From Orbicella franksi (Eukaryota): 64,000 bases of DNA. The stretch covers positions 11,408,001-11,472,000 of the forward strand of contig OZ116705.1 in the NCBI GenBank assembly GCA_964199315.1. Reading direction: 5' to 3'. Under the pieces are notes generated by a model. That model was given only the letters and a program-made list of their open reading frames with translations, made no database searches and was not told the DNA's origin. The translations under genes and the position numbers were made by a program. Shown here in pieces: positions 46,901 to 58,148 of this stretch (the first letter of the stretch is position 1; each line of letters starts with the position of its first letter).

Positions 46901-49900
46901 GACAAGTGTGATGATGACGTCAGATGTCAAAGCTTTAACTACGTCATCAGCCAAGGCATATGTGAGTTGAACAACCGCACCAAAGAAGCCAGACCTGAAG
47001 ATTTTGTTCCGGACAGCCATCGCTTCTATATTAAACGATTCAGGAAAAGAGGTATTGTTCTTCTTTGAACAGTTCTTCTCTATCTTTTTTTGAGGATAGT
47101 AATTGTGTCGTATACAGGCGTGCCCAGAATCTCATTACATCCCGAGGACTACGAACAAAGCCCGCAGGTTTTCGTCGAGAGAGCTCAACAATAGTGGTGT
47201 TTAGTAATGACAGAAAAGCGCCGAGAAAAAAACAATGTTTTTGACTTTTCTGTTTTTAGTTCCCCTTGGATCCGTTGCCGAGTTGCCAGCTGAGTCGTGC
47301 GCCGAGATCCGGGCGAGTGAAGGAGAAGATGCAGTCAGCGGTAATTACTGGTTCGATTCAATTAAACCTGGCGAGGTAGTCCTGGCTCGTTGTGACATGT
47401 CTAAACTAGGTAACTAGACGTTCGGGGTTTTACTTCGATTTATTATTTACAAACCTCTTGTAATAAGCCTCATCTACGCGCTATAAAATGCCTCAACTTC
47501 CAGGCTGTTTATATGATTAGAGACTCTGTATTCTGCAAAATAAAGCATATTTGCGATGCGTACAACCTTGGCGGTAAATCAATTTTTTTACGAACTTTTA
47601 CATTTAAGCTATTTCACCTTTCTATTAATGTAATCTAACCAGCACTGTCAGTTTTAATAAACCCTTCTCGCAATAAACGCCCCCATAGCGAAAATAACGT
47701 TCAAGACATGGACATAGACTGTTTAATCTATGAGATGCTCTTCATAAAGAAAAAGCTTAGCTTTAAAACCCAATCAGGCTCCATTCGCGCAAAACTATTT
47801 GTTTAGAGTTAAAACAGCAATAGCATTTATGAAGGTCATGAAGCCGAGAGCTACAAAGATGGGTTTCAGGTCTGCTATCTTCTCTCGACTAACAATTAAC
47901 AGTCAAACAGGCTCTATCTTCCCCGTGCAACTGACAGCGGGTGCTCAGAACCAGAAGATTCCCACCCAGCAAGAAGTTGTTTGTGGAACAGATATATTTC
48001 AAGGAGCAGATCCGTTGCCATTCCCAGACTGGATTATGATAATGATGGATATCTGATAAAGATGTTTTGTTTTTCTTTATAAAAAGTAAAAATTTTAAAA
48101 GTTACTTAGTTAGTGATCTCTTTTGCCTATTTGCTCCTGACCGGGCTCCGTCAAATATATCAACAGAAGCTATTGCAGTTTAATCCTTTCAATCTTTTCT
48201 TCTAAAACAGATATCGATGACTGCGCAAGTCATCCCTGTAAGAACAACGGGACCTGCACAGACGGAGTGAACGGATTCAACTGCAGCTGTGCACCAGGAT
48301 TTAATGGCGCACAATGTGAAACAGGTAACTGTAGCCAAAATTTATTTTCCTTCAGATGTTAGGAGTTTTTAATCTCTTTCTATGTCGCTTGCAGTGCTTT
48401 TATTGTTTGAAGTACTTGAAAAGGGCAGAGACATATATTTTTGCTGCTGCAAAGTTCTATTGTATATGACCGATATGTGATAATAGATTTTTGGCCTGGG
48501 AAAGCACTTCTGTAAAAACTTGTGTAAACTTTCTGGTTGCGAGGATCAGGACCGGAATCTGTTACAGGGAAATATCTTCAGAGCCGCCAACAGCACTCAA
48601 CAATTAGGTCCAACGATATCATTTTAATCCAAGAACGTAACAAAAGAATATTTTACAAGGCACGGCTATTTAAGCCGAAAACACAATTCTAAAGGTTTAC
48701 GAAAAGTTTTTAAAAAATCTCAACTAAACATTATCTCATACATTTCAGGAAGCTCGATTATCTGTAACGGAATTTGTAGTTTTCAACATTAATAACTTTC
48801 AAAACAATAAAGGGAGATAACAGTTCAACAAAAAGACTAACACAGGTAGTAATTACAGCTCAGCGCTTATTACAGGTATGATCTACAACAAAAACAGGTG
48901 TTTGTTACGGTTAATGAACTGGAATAGTAAACTGCAACTTAGAAATGCAAAATGAACTAAAACAAATATATCTAAACCGAATACGTAAAATATACTAACT
49001 AATCTGATTTTCTCTCCTCACGGTTATTATCTTTCTACCTTTTCCCCTTACAACAGATATCGATGACTGTACAAGTCATCCCTGTAAGAACAACGCGACC
49101 TGTATAGACCGAGTGAACGGATTCAACTGCAGCTGTGCACCAGGATTTAATGGCACACAATGTGAAACAGGTAACAAAAGCCAAAACTAGTTAATTTTCA
49201 TTGATATTCTACGGTTTTGAATCTCTTTCTAAGCTTTTTGCAGTGTTGTATCTTTTAACTTCAAGCATAGTTTTGTTATTGAGTTTTGTTGTTGGTTGTT
49301 GCAGGTTCTATCGAATGTGACCGTTATTAACTTTCTGCCTTATCACCTTGAAACAGATATAGATGATTGTGCAAGTCATCCCTGTAAGAGCAACGGAACC
49401 TGTACAGACCGAGTGAACGGATTCAACTGCAGCTGCGCACCAGGATTTAATGGGACACAATGTGAAACAGGTAATCGTAACAGATAACATCACCAACCTT
49501 ATAATTCGTGTAAATAACAAAACAGCGATGTTCACAGATATTTTTGCTTATGCATTTTTGATTAAAGAAAGCACATTTTTTCCAAAACTTTCTTTTTTCT
49601 CCATAATTCTATCCAGTTGACCTATCCAAGTCTCTAAGGAGCGAAATCTGGGCCGATAAACGATCTTATGCATTTTTGGTTATTTTGCAGATATTGTTGC
49701 TGTGGGATTTGTCGTATACCGTAAAATGCCGCTTTAAGCCCCGGGCTCGTATAACTTCATAAGTGGTTTTGTGTGGGCTTAAAGACGGGCAGGAGAGGCT
49801 CATTTCCGGGCGGCATATAAGCGAATAGAAATATTGTTTCGGAACGAGGAGTTATAACCTATCTGGGCAACGAATTAAAGCTAATATACCATTACATTTG

Positions 49901-52368
49901 TAATACATTTATTGTGTAAACGGAGAATATGTTTCAAAAACATCTCTAAAACACTGGTGTGACTGGAGCAACTGGAAAGGACCAGAACGTTATGTGATTT
50001 ACACATTAGATGGGCTCGTATCGGCGGGGGATGGCGGGGGGGGGGGGGGGCGGCTTATATCGGGAATAATATCTTTGTTAGCAAATAGAAGGGTTTATAT
50101 AGGGGGAGGCTTTAACGTGGTATTTTATGGTATGACCGTTTTTAAATTTCTACCTTATCCCTTTAAAACAGATATCGATGACTGCGTAAGTCATCCCTGC
50201 AAGAACAGCGGGAACTGCACAGACCGAGTGAACGGATTCAACTGCAGCTGTGCACCAGGATTTAATGGCACACGATGTGAAACAGGTAGTAGTTCGTGTA
50301 AATAATAAAACAGCAATGTTAACAAACGATTAGGAGCCAATAAAAAGGTGTGTTTCCTAGAAATTGACAGCCACTGGAAAAGGGAAAACAAAAAGAAAGT
50401 TGTCTTTGACTATTATTGCCACGAGGAAACCAAAAGATAAACCTTTTTCACGAGTTGCTGTGAAACTTCCATCGCTTTTACTTTTCCAACAGAAATGTTT
50501 TAATTCCTTCTTTGCAGTATATTTCCTTGTAAAAGTTTGCCTGTGAGCGGACACACGACCCAACGTTAAACATGCCAAACACAGTAGGGCGTGTAGTTCC
50601 ATGGTCATAACCTCCAATCTGGTGAAGGGGGGACAGATGGGGAATTGACCGCATGGGTATGGCTTCGATTCAGGGCCGATTTTACACCTTCTGTGGGCAG
50701 GTGGAGGCGAAATGATGCGAAGAGTTAGTTACTTAGACGAGTCAACGAATTCAACTGCAGCTGTGCACTAGACTTTACTGGAACACTGTGATTGAGATAA
50801 TCACTGTAGATAACAGCGGGTAATACCACATGCAAGTAATAGGGCTGAAACGCCTACAATCGATCGGCAGATGGCAGTATTGTGTGGTTGATATCACTGA
50901 AAGTTTCCGTTAGCCAGCCACACGATTACTGTAATAAAATGTGTCTTTCTATATGCCGTGTAATCACTTTAGAAATGTAAAAACTTTGGAGTGGATTTAA
51001 GGCGCCAATTCTACTTATTTTCCTTCGTAACAAGGTTCACTTGAGATTTTTCTCATATTTTTTTCGCCTTTTTCACGTGTAAAGTAGTTTAGTTCCACCA
51101 GAATTCCCTTTTATGATCGTAATGGGACACTTAACCATCCATTGTGACATTGAAATACTAACACTTACATCCCTTTGTTTTTAGACATTGACGAGTGCGC
51201 TGCACAGGTCGACCCATGTGGTGCTGTAGCCAACTCTGAGTGCAAGAACACGGATGGATCGTACTATTGCCAGTGCAAAGATGGATTTGTAAAGAACGGT
51301 GCTATTTGTGAAGGTGCAACACAGTTTTATCATTAGTAGGGATATCTTCTATTCTGTTTTAATTAGCTACAGTTAAAAACTTTATTTGTCGTTATGTAAG
51401 GACGGTTTGCCACATTTAAGAACCTTATTTAACAAGTAGGCATGTATCAGGAAAAAAATAATAAATAACCCACATGAAGTTAGAATCCACTACATAGTTG
51501 GTTAAAGTATCCCACATGGTATTCCTCCAGCGGTTTATCCAATGGCAGAGAGTAAAAATACCTAAGTGGAGAAACACTGGCGCTGATTGCGATGTTCTCG
51601 CACTTAGAGCCGATAAATATCATCGCATGAAGGACAAATTTATTCACCAATGGCTTGCCTACAGGTTACCCAACGACATTTGAACTGGAAATTTCAAATG
51701 TAAATATGAAGATTTTCTCGTATAAACAGACAAAAAGATGGTAATTAATACCTATTGTAGAAGCTATATTTCGGTGGCGAGATCTTTTTACAACCTTGTT
51801 CCCAGGAAAAATGGAAACAAAGACAAATCATATAGAAATGTTTGTGCATGACCGGATGTAATAAAGTGATGTAAAATTGAACAAAATATATGAAGTGACT
51901 GTATTCAAACTACAAGTAACATGCACGCAACAACCCAGCACGACAGAGATATTTACGGATCAGGGGAGAGTTATTTACGTATTACTTTGTTTGTTTGTTT
52001 TAGTTGACATATGTAAGAACTACCAAAATCTGACAGATGCTAAAAGAAAATATGACTACGCCACACAAGACGAGGCCAAATGTGACACTACACTCAATGG
52101 CTGGTATCGCTTCCAAGGAGCTGCAGGCACAAAAATGGTGACCACATGTCCACTGGAGTTCCGTTGTGATACAGCCTATCCTATCTGGTTGAGTGGTGGT
52201 CATCCTACAGTGACTGAGGGTAAAGTCTCAAGAATCGTCTGCATTCATAGGTCTGAGGACTGTTGTTACGTATCATTCCCCATTCAATTAAAGAACTGCA
52301 GTTCCTATTATATCTACAAGTTATATTCCTTTAGTTATTGTCCTGCCCGATATTGCAGTACTGACTAA
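40992..52368 (+). CDS. Cluster copy C: complete secreted PAN-like / FReD-N-like / 4x cbEGF / EGF_CA / D8C (uromodulin-GP2-like) protein, 496 aa
   Basis: Exons 40992-41061, 46731-47051, 47260-47409, 48211-48324, 49057-49170, 49357-49470, 50172-50285, 51185-51313, 52004-52368; all GT-AG, phase 1, total 1491 nt = 496 aa + stop; AATAAA near 52715. Confidence 0.88.
41611..41907 (-). mobile_element. Full-length tRNA-derived SINE with CORE/MIR-like central segment
   Basis: Minus strand GGGAGGCGCGGTGGCCTCATGG (A box) ... GGTTTGAGCCC (B box) ... GGGCAAGACACTTTACTCTCAC; 12-bp TSD ATAATGATGATA (41599-41610, 41908-41919); absent in paralogous introns. Confidence 0.85.
49719..50130. mobile_element. TA-flanked MITE in an EGF intron; paralogous copy at 62677-63116
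   Basis: CCGTAAAAT...ATTTTA(T/C)GG termini with TA flanks, GGGG-CTTATA subterminal motifs; same flanking intron sequence in copies C and D. Confidence 0.65.
50735..50795 (+). pseudogene. Decayed EGF exon remnant
   Basis: GACGAGTCAACGAATTCAACTGCAGCTGTGCACTAGACTTTACTGGAACAC matches the 3' half of the EGF exon with indels; no acceptor or donor. Confidence 0.7.
51185..51313 (+). CDS. Copy C EGF_CA exon
   Basis: [43 protein letters not shown]; TTTTAG acceptor, AAG|GT donor; not in the ORF track. Confidence 0.85.
52004..52368 (+). CDS. Copy C terminal exon: UMOD/GP2/OIT3-like D8C domain
   Basis: DICKNY...[40 protein letters not shown]...VCIH...CC...[14 protein letters not shown]...CPARYCSTD* aligns motif-for-motif with the uromodulin D8C region (CD..L.GWYRF, C.T..P.WL.G.HP, CC, YYVY.L, YC). 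Confidence 0.9.
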
Positions 52369-54501
52369 TCCGGTCATAGCATGTGTATGTTTCAGTTAGC
52401 TTCAGTTGAATAGTATTGGCAAGAGACTTACATCATTGTCTCCTTTAGTGCCAAGCGGGATATTACTTCCCGACATGATAACCTACAGTAAAACTTAACT
52501 ATGGCCTGGTTGTTCAAAGCATGACCAAGCTAGTCCAAAATTAGTGTTACTCAATTATAAACTTAAGCCATTTTTTTCTCTCAACTTTTGACGACGGCTG
52601 ACAAGCTCTAAGTCCTCTAAAAATTAGTATAGAAAATACTTTACCCATGAAAGAAAACTTTAAACCTCCATCAACTCTTAAACCTGGATTACGAACAACC
52701 TGACTGCTATAAACAAATAAAATGCACATCGAGTTTCAGGCGTTTCTCGGGAGAAGACTTGACGGCGTGACATAAGAGGTCAGTTTTTTTAGGCAGGACA
52801 CTGTAACGCTGTACAGTGAGCTAGAAGATGAATAGAAATAATATCAATTCGAATAGCATTAGCAAAGTAACTCGCATTCTCTTAACAACAGTAAAGGCTT
52901 TAAAGAAATTAGTTGCTCAAGTTGATTTGCTATAACTTTGCACATTTTGTCTTCTAAGAGAGCTTCTGAGAAATTTGTTTGGCCCTGCAGTAAAGACATA
53001 GAATCAACGCAGGTCTATTCTTGTCGGTGATTTGAGTAATCCATTTGCTCTCGTTTATAGAGAAGGAAATAGAGTGTGATAAGAAAAACTTAAAATCTGA
53101 CAATGTTTTCAATATTCAGTCGTTTATATAATTTGTGAAAAGTGAGGGTTATTTAAAACTTTCACAACTTCCATTCCTCAAGACAAGAGACTCGAAAAAT
53201 AAATTTGATATGAAAGCCTGAGTAACAATTTTTCTTGATTGCACGGAACAACCATTACTTTGTCTTATCTTGAAAACTGCTCTTCCTACCGGTTTAGCGT
53301 AATTTGTTTAAAAGTTATTCAACACTTCTTTAACCAGTTTTGATTGAAATTATAAGCAGTATACAACAGGGATAACTCGTTTTTAGCTGGTGTAGGTAAA
53401 CTTTTGTTTTGTATGGTTGTTTATCTGTGTGTTTTTGTTTGATTTAGTTTTTCAAAAAATATATCTAGTGTAATCGCCTGTAGGAAATGCCAAAAGTTCT
53501 TTAGTAAACATGGTTGGCTATTGCCCAGACGACACTCAAAATTAAAAATTTGCTGACATCCCAGGCATTATACAATCAATTTGTATAAAATAGTAACTTC
53601 TCGTAAATGTAACTTAGTAGCATAGCCTAGTTTCTGTAGTATAAGCAGACCGAGAAGTTTGACATTTTTTTTTTTTTTAATTACAACTTTTTGTTTCTTT
53701 TTACATTTGGTTTAAATTTTTTTAAGTTTAAAATTAAACACTAAACTATTAGTAGACCTCTTCAGGAATATTTAAAAACATACACTAAACGCCTGTATTT
53801 AAGCCACACTAGCGGCTCTTTCGAAGACACGAACCTCTAAGGTTTTGTCGGATTTACGAAAGGACACAGGCGACGTTGTGAAATATTTACACAAGGCGTG
53901 ACAAAGTTTTTGGCTCACGGTTTTAGCCGCCGTAGTACCAATGAATGCGATAGCGTCAGGCGCCTGTAGAGGACGGGTAGAGAGGAGAGAATTATGAATT
54001 CCTTGCACGGCTGAAAATGCCGGCTGATATCATAGTTAGTTATGCTGATATGGAGTGACGGTGGTAGAACTCTCCAGTAACAATATGGCGGATTTTACAA
54101 AAGAAATTATCTCAACTCTGAAAGTTCCAAGGCTGCTGATTTCTGTTGCAGCATGTTGAGCTGGTAAATTATGTGCACATAATGTACATATTAAGACGCT
54201 AACAAAAGAAATCTCTTCCAGACATTTTGCCTGTTTCCTCACTCTATCAAAAAAACTCTTCCTTCGGTAACCTAACCAAGAAACAATTCAGTTTGTCTCC
54301 TCTCTCTTTTAGCCCGACATCTGTCTCAAAATTATCTTTAGTGTTTCAACTTTTCTAATCAGATTGATTTGAGAATTCCACTTTTTATCACGTCGATTTA
54401 CATTAAACTTTGTTTAATTCTTTAATGATATTCTTCAGGGATTTTGCGTTTAGTCATTAAGACATTATTTCGTGATCTTAGTCTTCATATTCCTTAGTAA
54501 A

Positions 54502-55068
54502 AGTGCCCATAGTGTCAAAACTTTTTTTTTTCGCTCATCCAATTCTACATTTCACCTAATGAGCTTCTGCGAAAGAATTTTTCGATTTGGATAAAACGTA
54601 ATATTTTTACGAATCTTTACAAAGTTGAAAATTCTATTTTCTTGCAGTCGACCCCTGCCACTGATCACAAGAATAACGAGGTCAAAATGGCCACGAGAGT
54701 GATGCCTGTGACGTAGGTTCAGGAACCGACGATAAAGACTGATGTTGTTTTCTGGATCATTAACGTTGTTACAAAGAGCGGCAACGCACCTTTCCGGAAT
54801 TTTCAACTAAATGTACTCAACTCTAAAGCGAAATTTCCACTTGTTTTCAAGTCAGATAAATCATGACCCAAATCACGTGTTCCTGAACCTACGTCACGAC
54901 TCACTTCAAAACGAGGAAGACTAGTGCGAATGGTGGACTAAAATGGCGGCAAATTTGAACGTCTTTAAAACCTTATAAAAAAAATTGCATTTTATCGAAA
55001 CGAAAAATTTTTTCACAGAAGTTCATTAGGTGAAATGTAAAATTAGATGAGCGAAAATTATGGGCACT
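54502..55068 (-). mobile_element. Kolobok-like non-autonomous DNA transposon with THAP-domain relic
   Basis: ~100-bp imperfect TIR AGTGCCCATA...TATGGGCACT, flanks TAAA / TTAA; minus-strand PERCVAALCNNVNDPENNISLY resembles a THAP N-terminus, then breaks. Confidence 0.65.
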
Positions 55069-58000
55069 TTAACTCCACAGTGATAGAATCCAGGCAACGA
55101 AGTTATTTCCACAGACAAGCTTCTTTTAGGAAATGGTCAAATTCCTTACTTTAATTTGTAAATATATTTAAGTTGTAGTGCTAACATGGTATAAGATATA
55201 TAAACAAACAATAGTCAATTATAGATATACGTCCAGTACCTTTGTTATTTGATTCTGCATATGTTAATCAATAAGTAATGAATATCAATAACCCTTTTCA
55301 ACTTTTCTCATTTGCATGCGAGACAGTTTCGTGCCGAAACTACAAAATGTCCAAAATTGCCTTGCTTACAAGTTGGATTATACTTAAAAATTGTTATTAT
55401 TGGGACAGTCTATAAGTACCTTGTAAGTTTTAACGTCTATTTAAAACTATGAATAAGGACCCCTTATTATTATAACAGCAATTATTTTTCACTTTGTTAC
55501 TCAAAATAATGTAATGTTCGATGGGATTAGTACAACTAAGTTATACATATACATGTATGTTCAGTTATATTTACCGCAGCGCTAGAGTTATTCAAAGAGC
55601 CAGTACCATGAAAGTGCTTCTGTCAACTTTTCCGTGCGACAACAGGCACCAGGAGTCAAAAGAAAAGCGCTGGAATTATTGTTGATTAATTTGTTCATGA
55701 TGCAAAAATAGATTTCAAATAGCAACAAATTAACTTAAACGAAATTCAAGTTGAGGATGAAACTAACTCTTATCCCACCAAAATTTCTTTCCTGATTAAA
55801 TTCGCATCCCACGAAGTTATTAGTTTTCTGACAGATTCCACCGGAAACCAATTAATTTTCAATCTAAATACAATTTTCAAACCGTACAATGACTTGCGCA
55901 CTATCACGCTACACTGGGGCCCAATGTCACCTTAGTGCAGTACTAATTTAATTACATTACGTACAATACAACGTTTAGCAATGACTTATCCAACATATTT
56001 TAATATTCAGCCCATAGAGAGGTTTTTAACTGACTGTGGTAAAACGAGAACCAAGGCAATCGCTCTGACCAATCAAAAAGGACACAGACATTCGACTGAA
56101 GCAATATTGAACTCGAATACGAACTTGAGAAAGGATGTGCGAGCGAGGCTTAGCTAGGATTGCTTGAGAATGTGACGCTAGGCTTTTAAACCAATCACTA
56201 AGCGTAGCGAGGCAAAGTCAAAGCAAATTAATGTGAATTATCTTGGGAATTTAGGATATAAACCTCTGGGTTAGTAAATTAAAGCATTCTTTCTGAATGC
56301 ATGATATAGTTATAACCTGTCGGCGTAAATATTGTTTTATTGTTTAAATGTGCCACAAGTCCGGATGGAACGTAATGATGTCATCTCTAAAGGTGTTTCT
56401 GTTGGGAAATCAAAACATGCCACTTAACCATGGTTCGTTTTAAACGTTAACTTGCCGTTAGTGTTAAACGTATAAGAAATAAGGCGAAGAATAACTTCTC
56501 TTCTTATAAATTTTTTCAGGCTGTTAATTACGACTGAAGAGCCTACTTGTAGAGATTTGGATGGAAATGAGGGTGGATAAACTCAGGATTGAATTGACTA
56601 AATTAGAGGTACAATCTCCAAACTCGATAGTTGAGACATTTGTTCCATCCAGACATGAATGCAATAAATCTGTAAATATATGTTTGTTTTAGAAAAACTC
56701 ATGTACACGTTTCAGAATGTTAAACTAAATAAAATTCCTTTAAATGTCATGGCTGTTAATCTTTTCAGATAGCTTTTATACTGTGAAAAGATGAAGGTAA
56801 ACGGCCGACCTCGATCTTTTGGTACTGCCCGGTTCTCTCTGACAATGACACTTAATTTCTTTCATTGAATTCTTTATTATCCTCCACCACTTCTTTCTTT
56901 CTTTGCAATCATCTTTTTCACTTTTCACTTCTTCTTCACTATGTCCTTCCTCTTCATGGCAGTTTGCCTCTAATTCTTAATCGGTGAGCTTTGCATAAGC
57001 GCAAGTGCACATATCCTTGCTTCTGGATGCCAATTTCCCTTGAGCTATTTTTAATTTGAATATAGGCTTAGCTCGAAGCTGCAATAACGCCCTAACATAT
57101 ATTTATTCAATATTCAGGTTAATTAATCTTGAGCCACCTTGAGCTAAAAACAATATATTTTTAACAGAAAAACAACGAAATTTATGTTTATATTTTCAGT
57201 AAAGAACAAAAACAAAGGTGGAGAACACGATAAATACCATAGGAATTTGAGATTTTTAACTGAGCGAAAGTAAAGACATGAGTTGTTGCTTTATCGAAAT
57301 ACAAAATAAAAGGTCTTCGGAATAAAATAGCTTGCCATATTTACATCGCAAGCGTAACTTGGCACCTGAAAATATGTGTTTTTTTTTTCCAATTTAGGAG
57401 TGTTGCAAAATGAGAAGCAGGCAATATGTCAATCTGTTTGCAAAGGGAAAAGAATAAATTTAAATTCATTTGTTTGAATGGCGTTTAATTAATTAGCTAA
57501 CTTTTAACTTAAGACAATCACATGCTTGCAGGGCTGTAAAATAAATTGTTTAACATCCTACCTTTTGCCAAAACGTCAACAAAACCGAGGAATATAGTTA
57601 AGCTAACAGTCGAAGTCGCAATTACGTCCTGTTATAGATATGCATTCAACATTTAGGCCAACTCTATCTCGAACAAATCTGAAGAAAAAAAAATTAATAA
57701 GATGAAAACAACGAAATCAATGTTTAATTCATAATAAAGAACCAAAACAAACATAGGGAACACGGAAAATGCCGTCGAAATTGCAGGTTTTTAACTGAGT
57801 GATTGTTAAAAACATGAGTTTGGAACGCATCTTTCATTGAAATAAACGCTCATAAACAAGCGCAAGAAGGAATTCCTTCTTATAAGTTTAGTTGAGAAAC
57901 CCGCAGATAGAAATATTTTGTTCACATAATAAGTGCGTAATTTAAACGGAAAGTTCTAGTAAGAGCAGGAGGAGCCAAACTGACATGAGCAGAAATAGCT

Positions 58001-58148
58001 CTGAATGACAGAGACAAAACACGCCATCTCTTATTACAGTGTTGACTTGTAAAGAGCTGGTTATATGTCGACTTCACATCGCCAGCTGGTGCTAGCTCAA
58101 TTCTTTCCATAGGACTTGAGAACTGAAGACGTTCGCTGCGGTGTAAAA

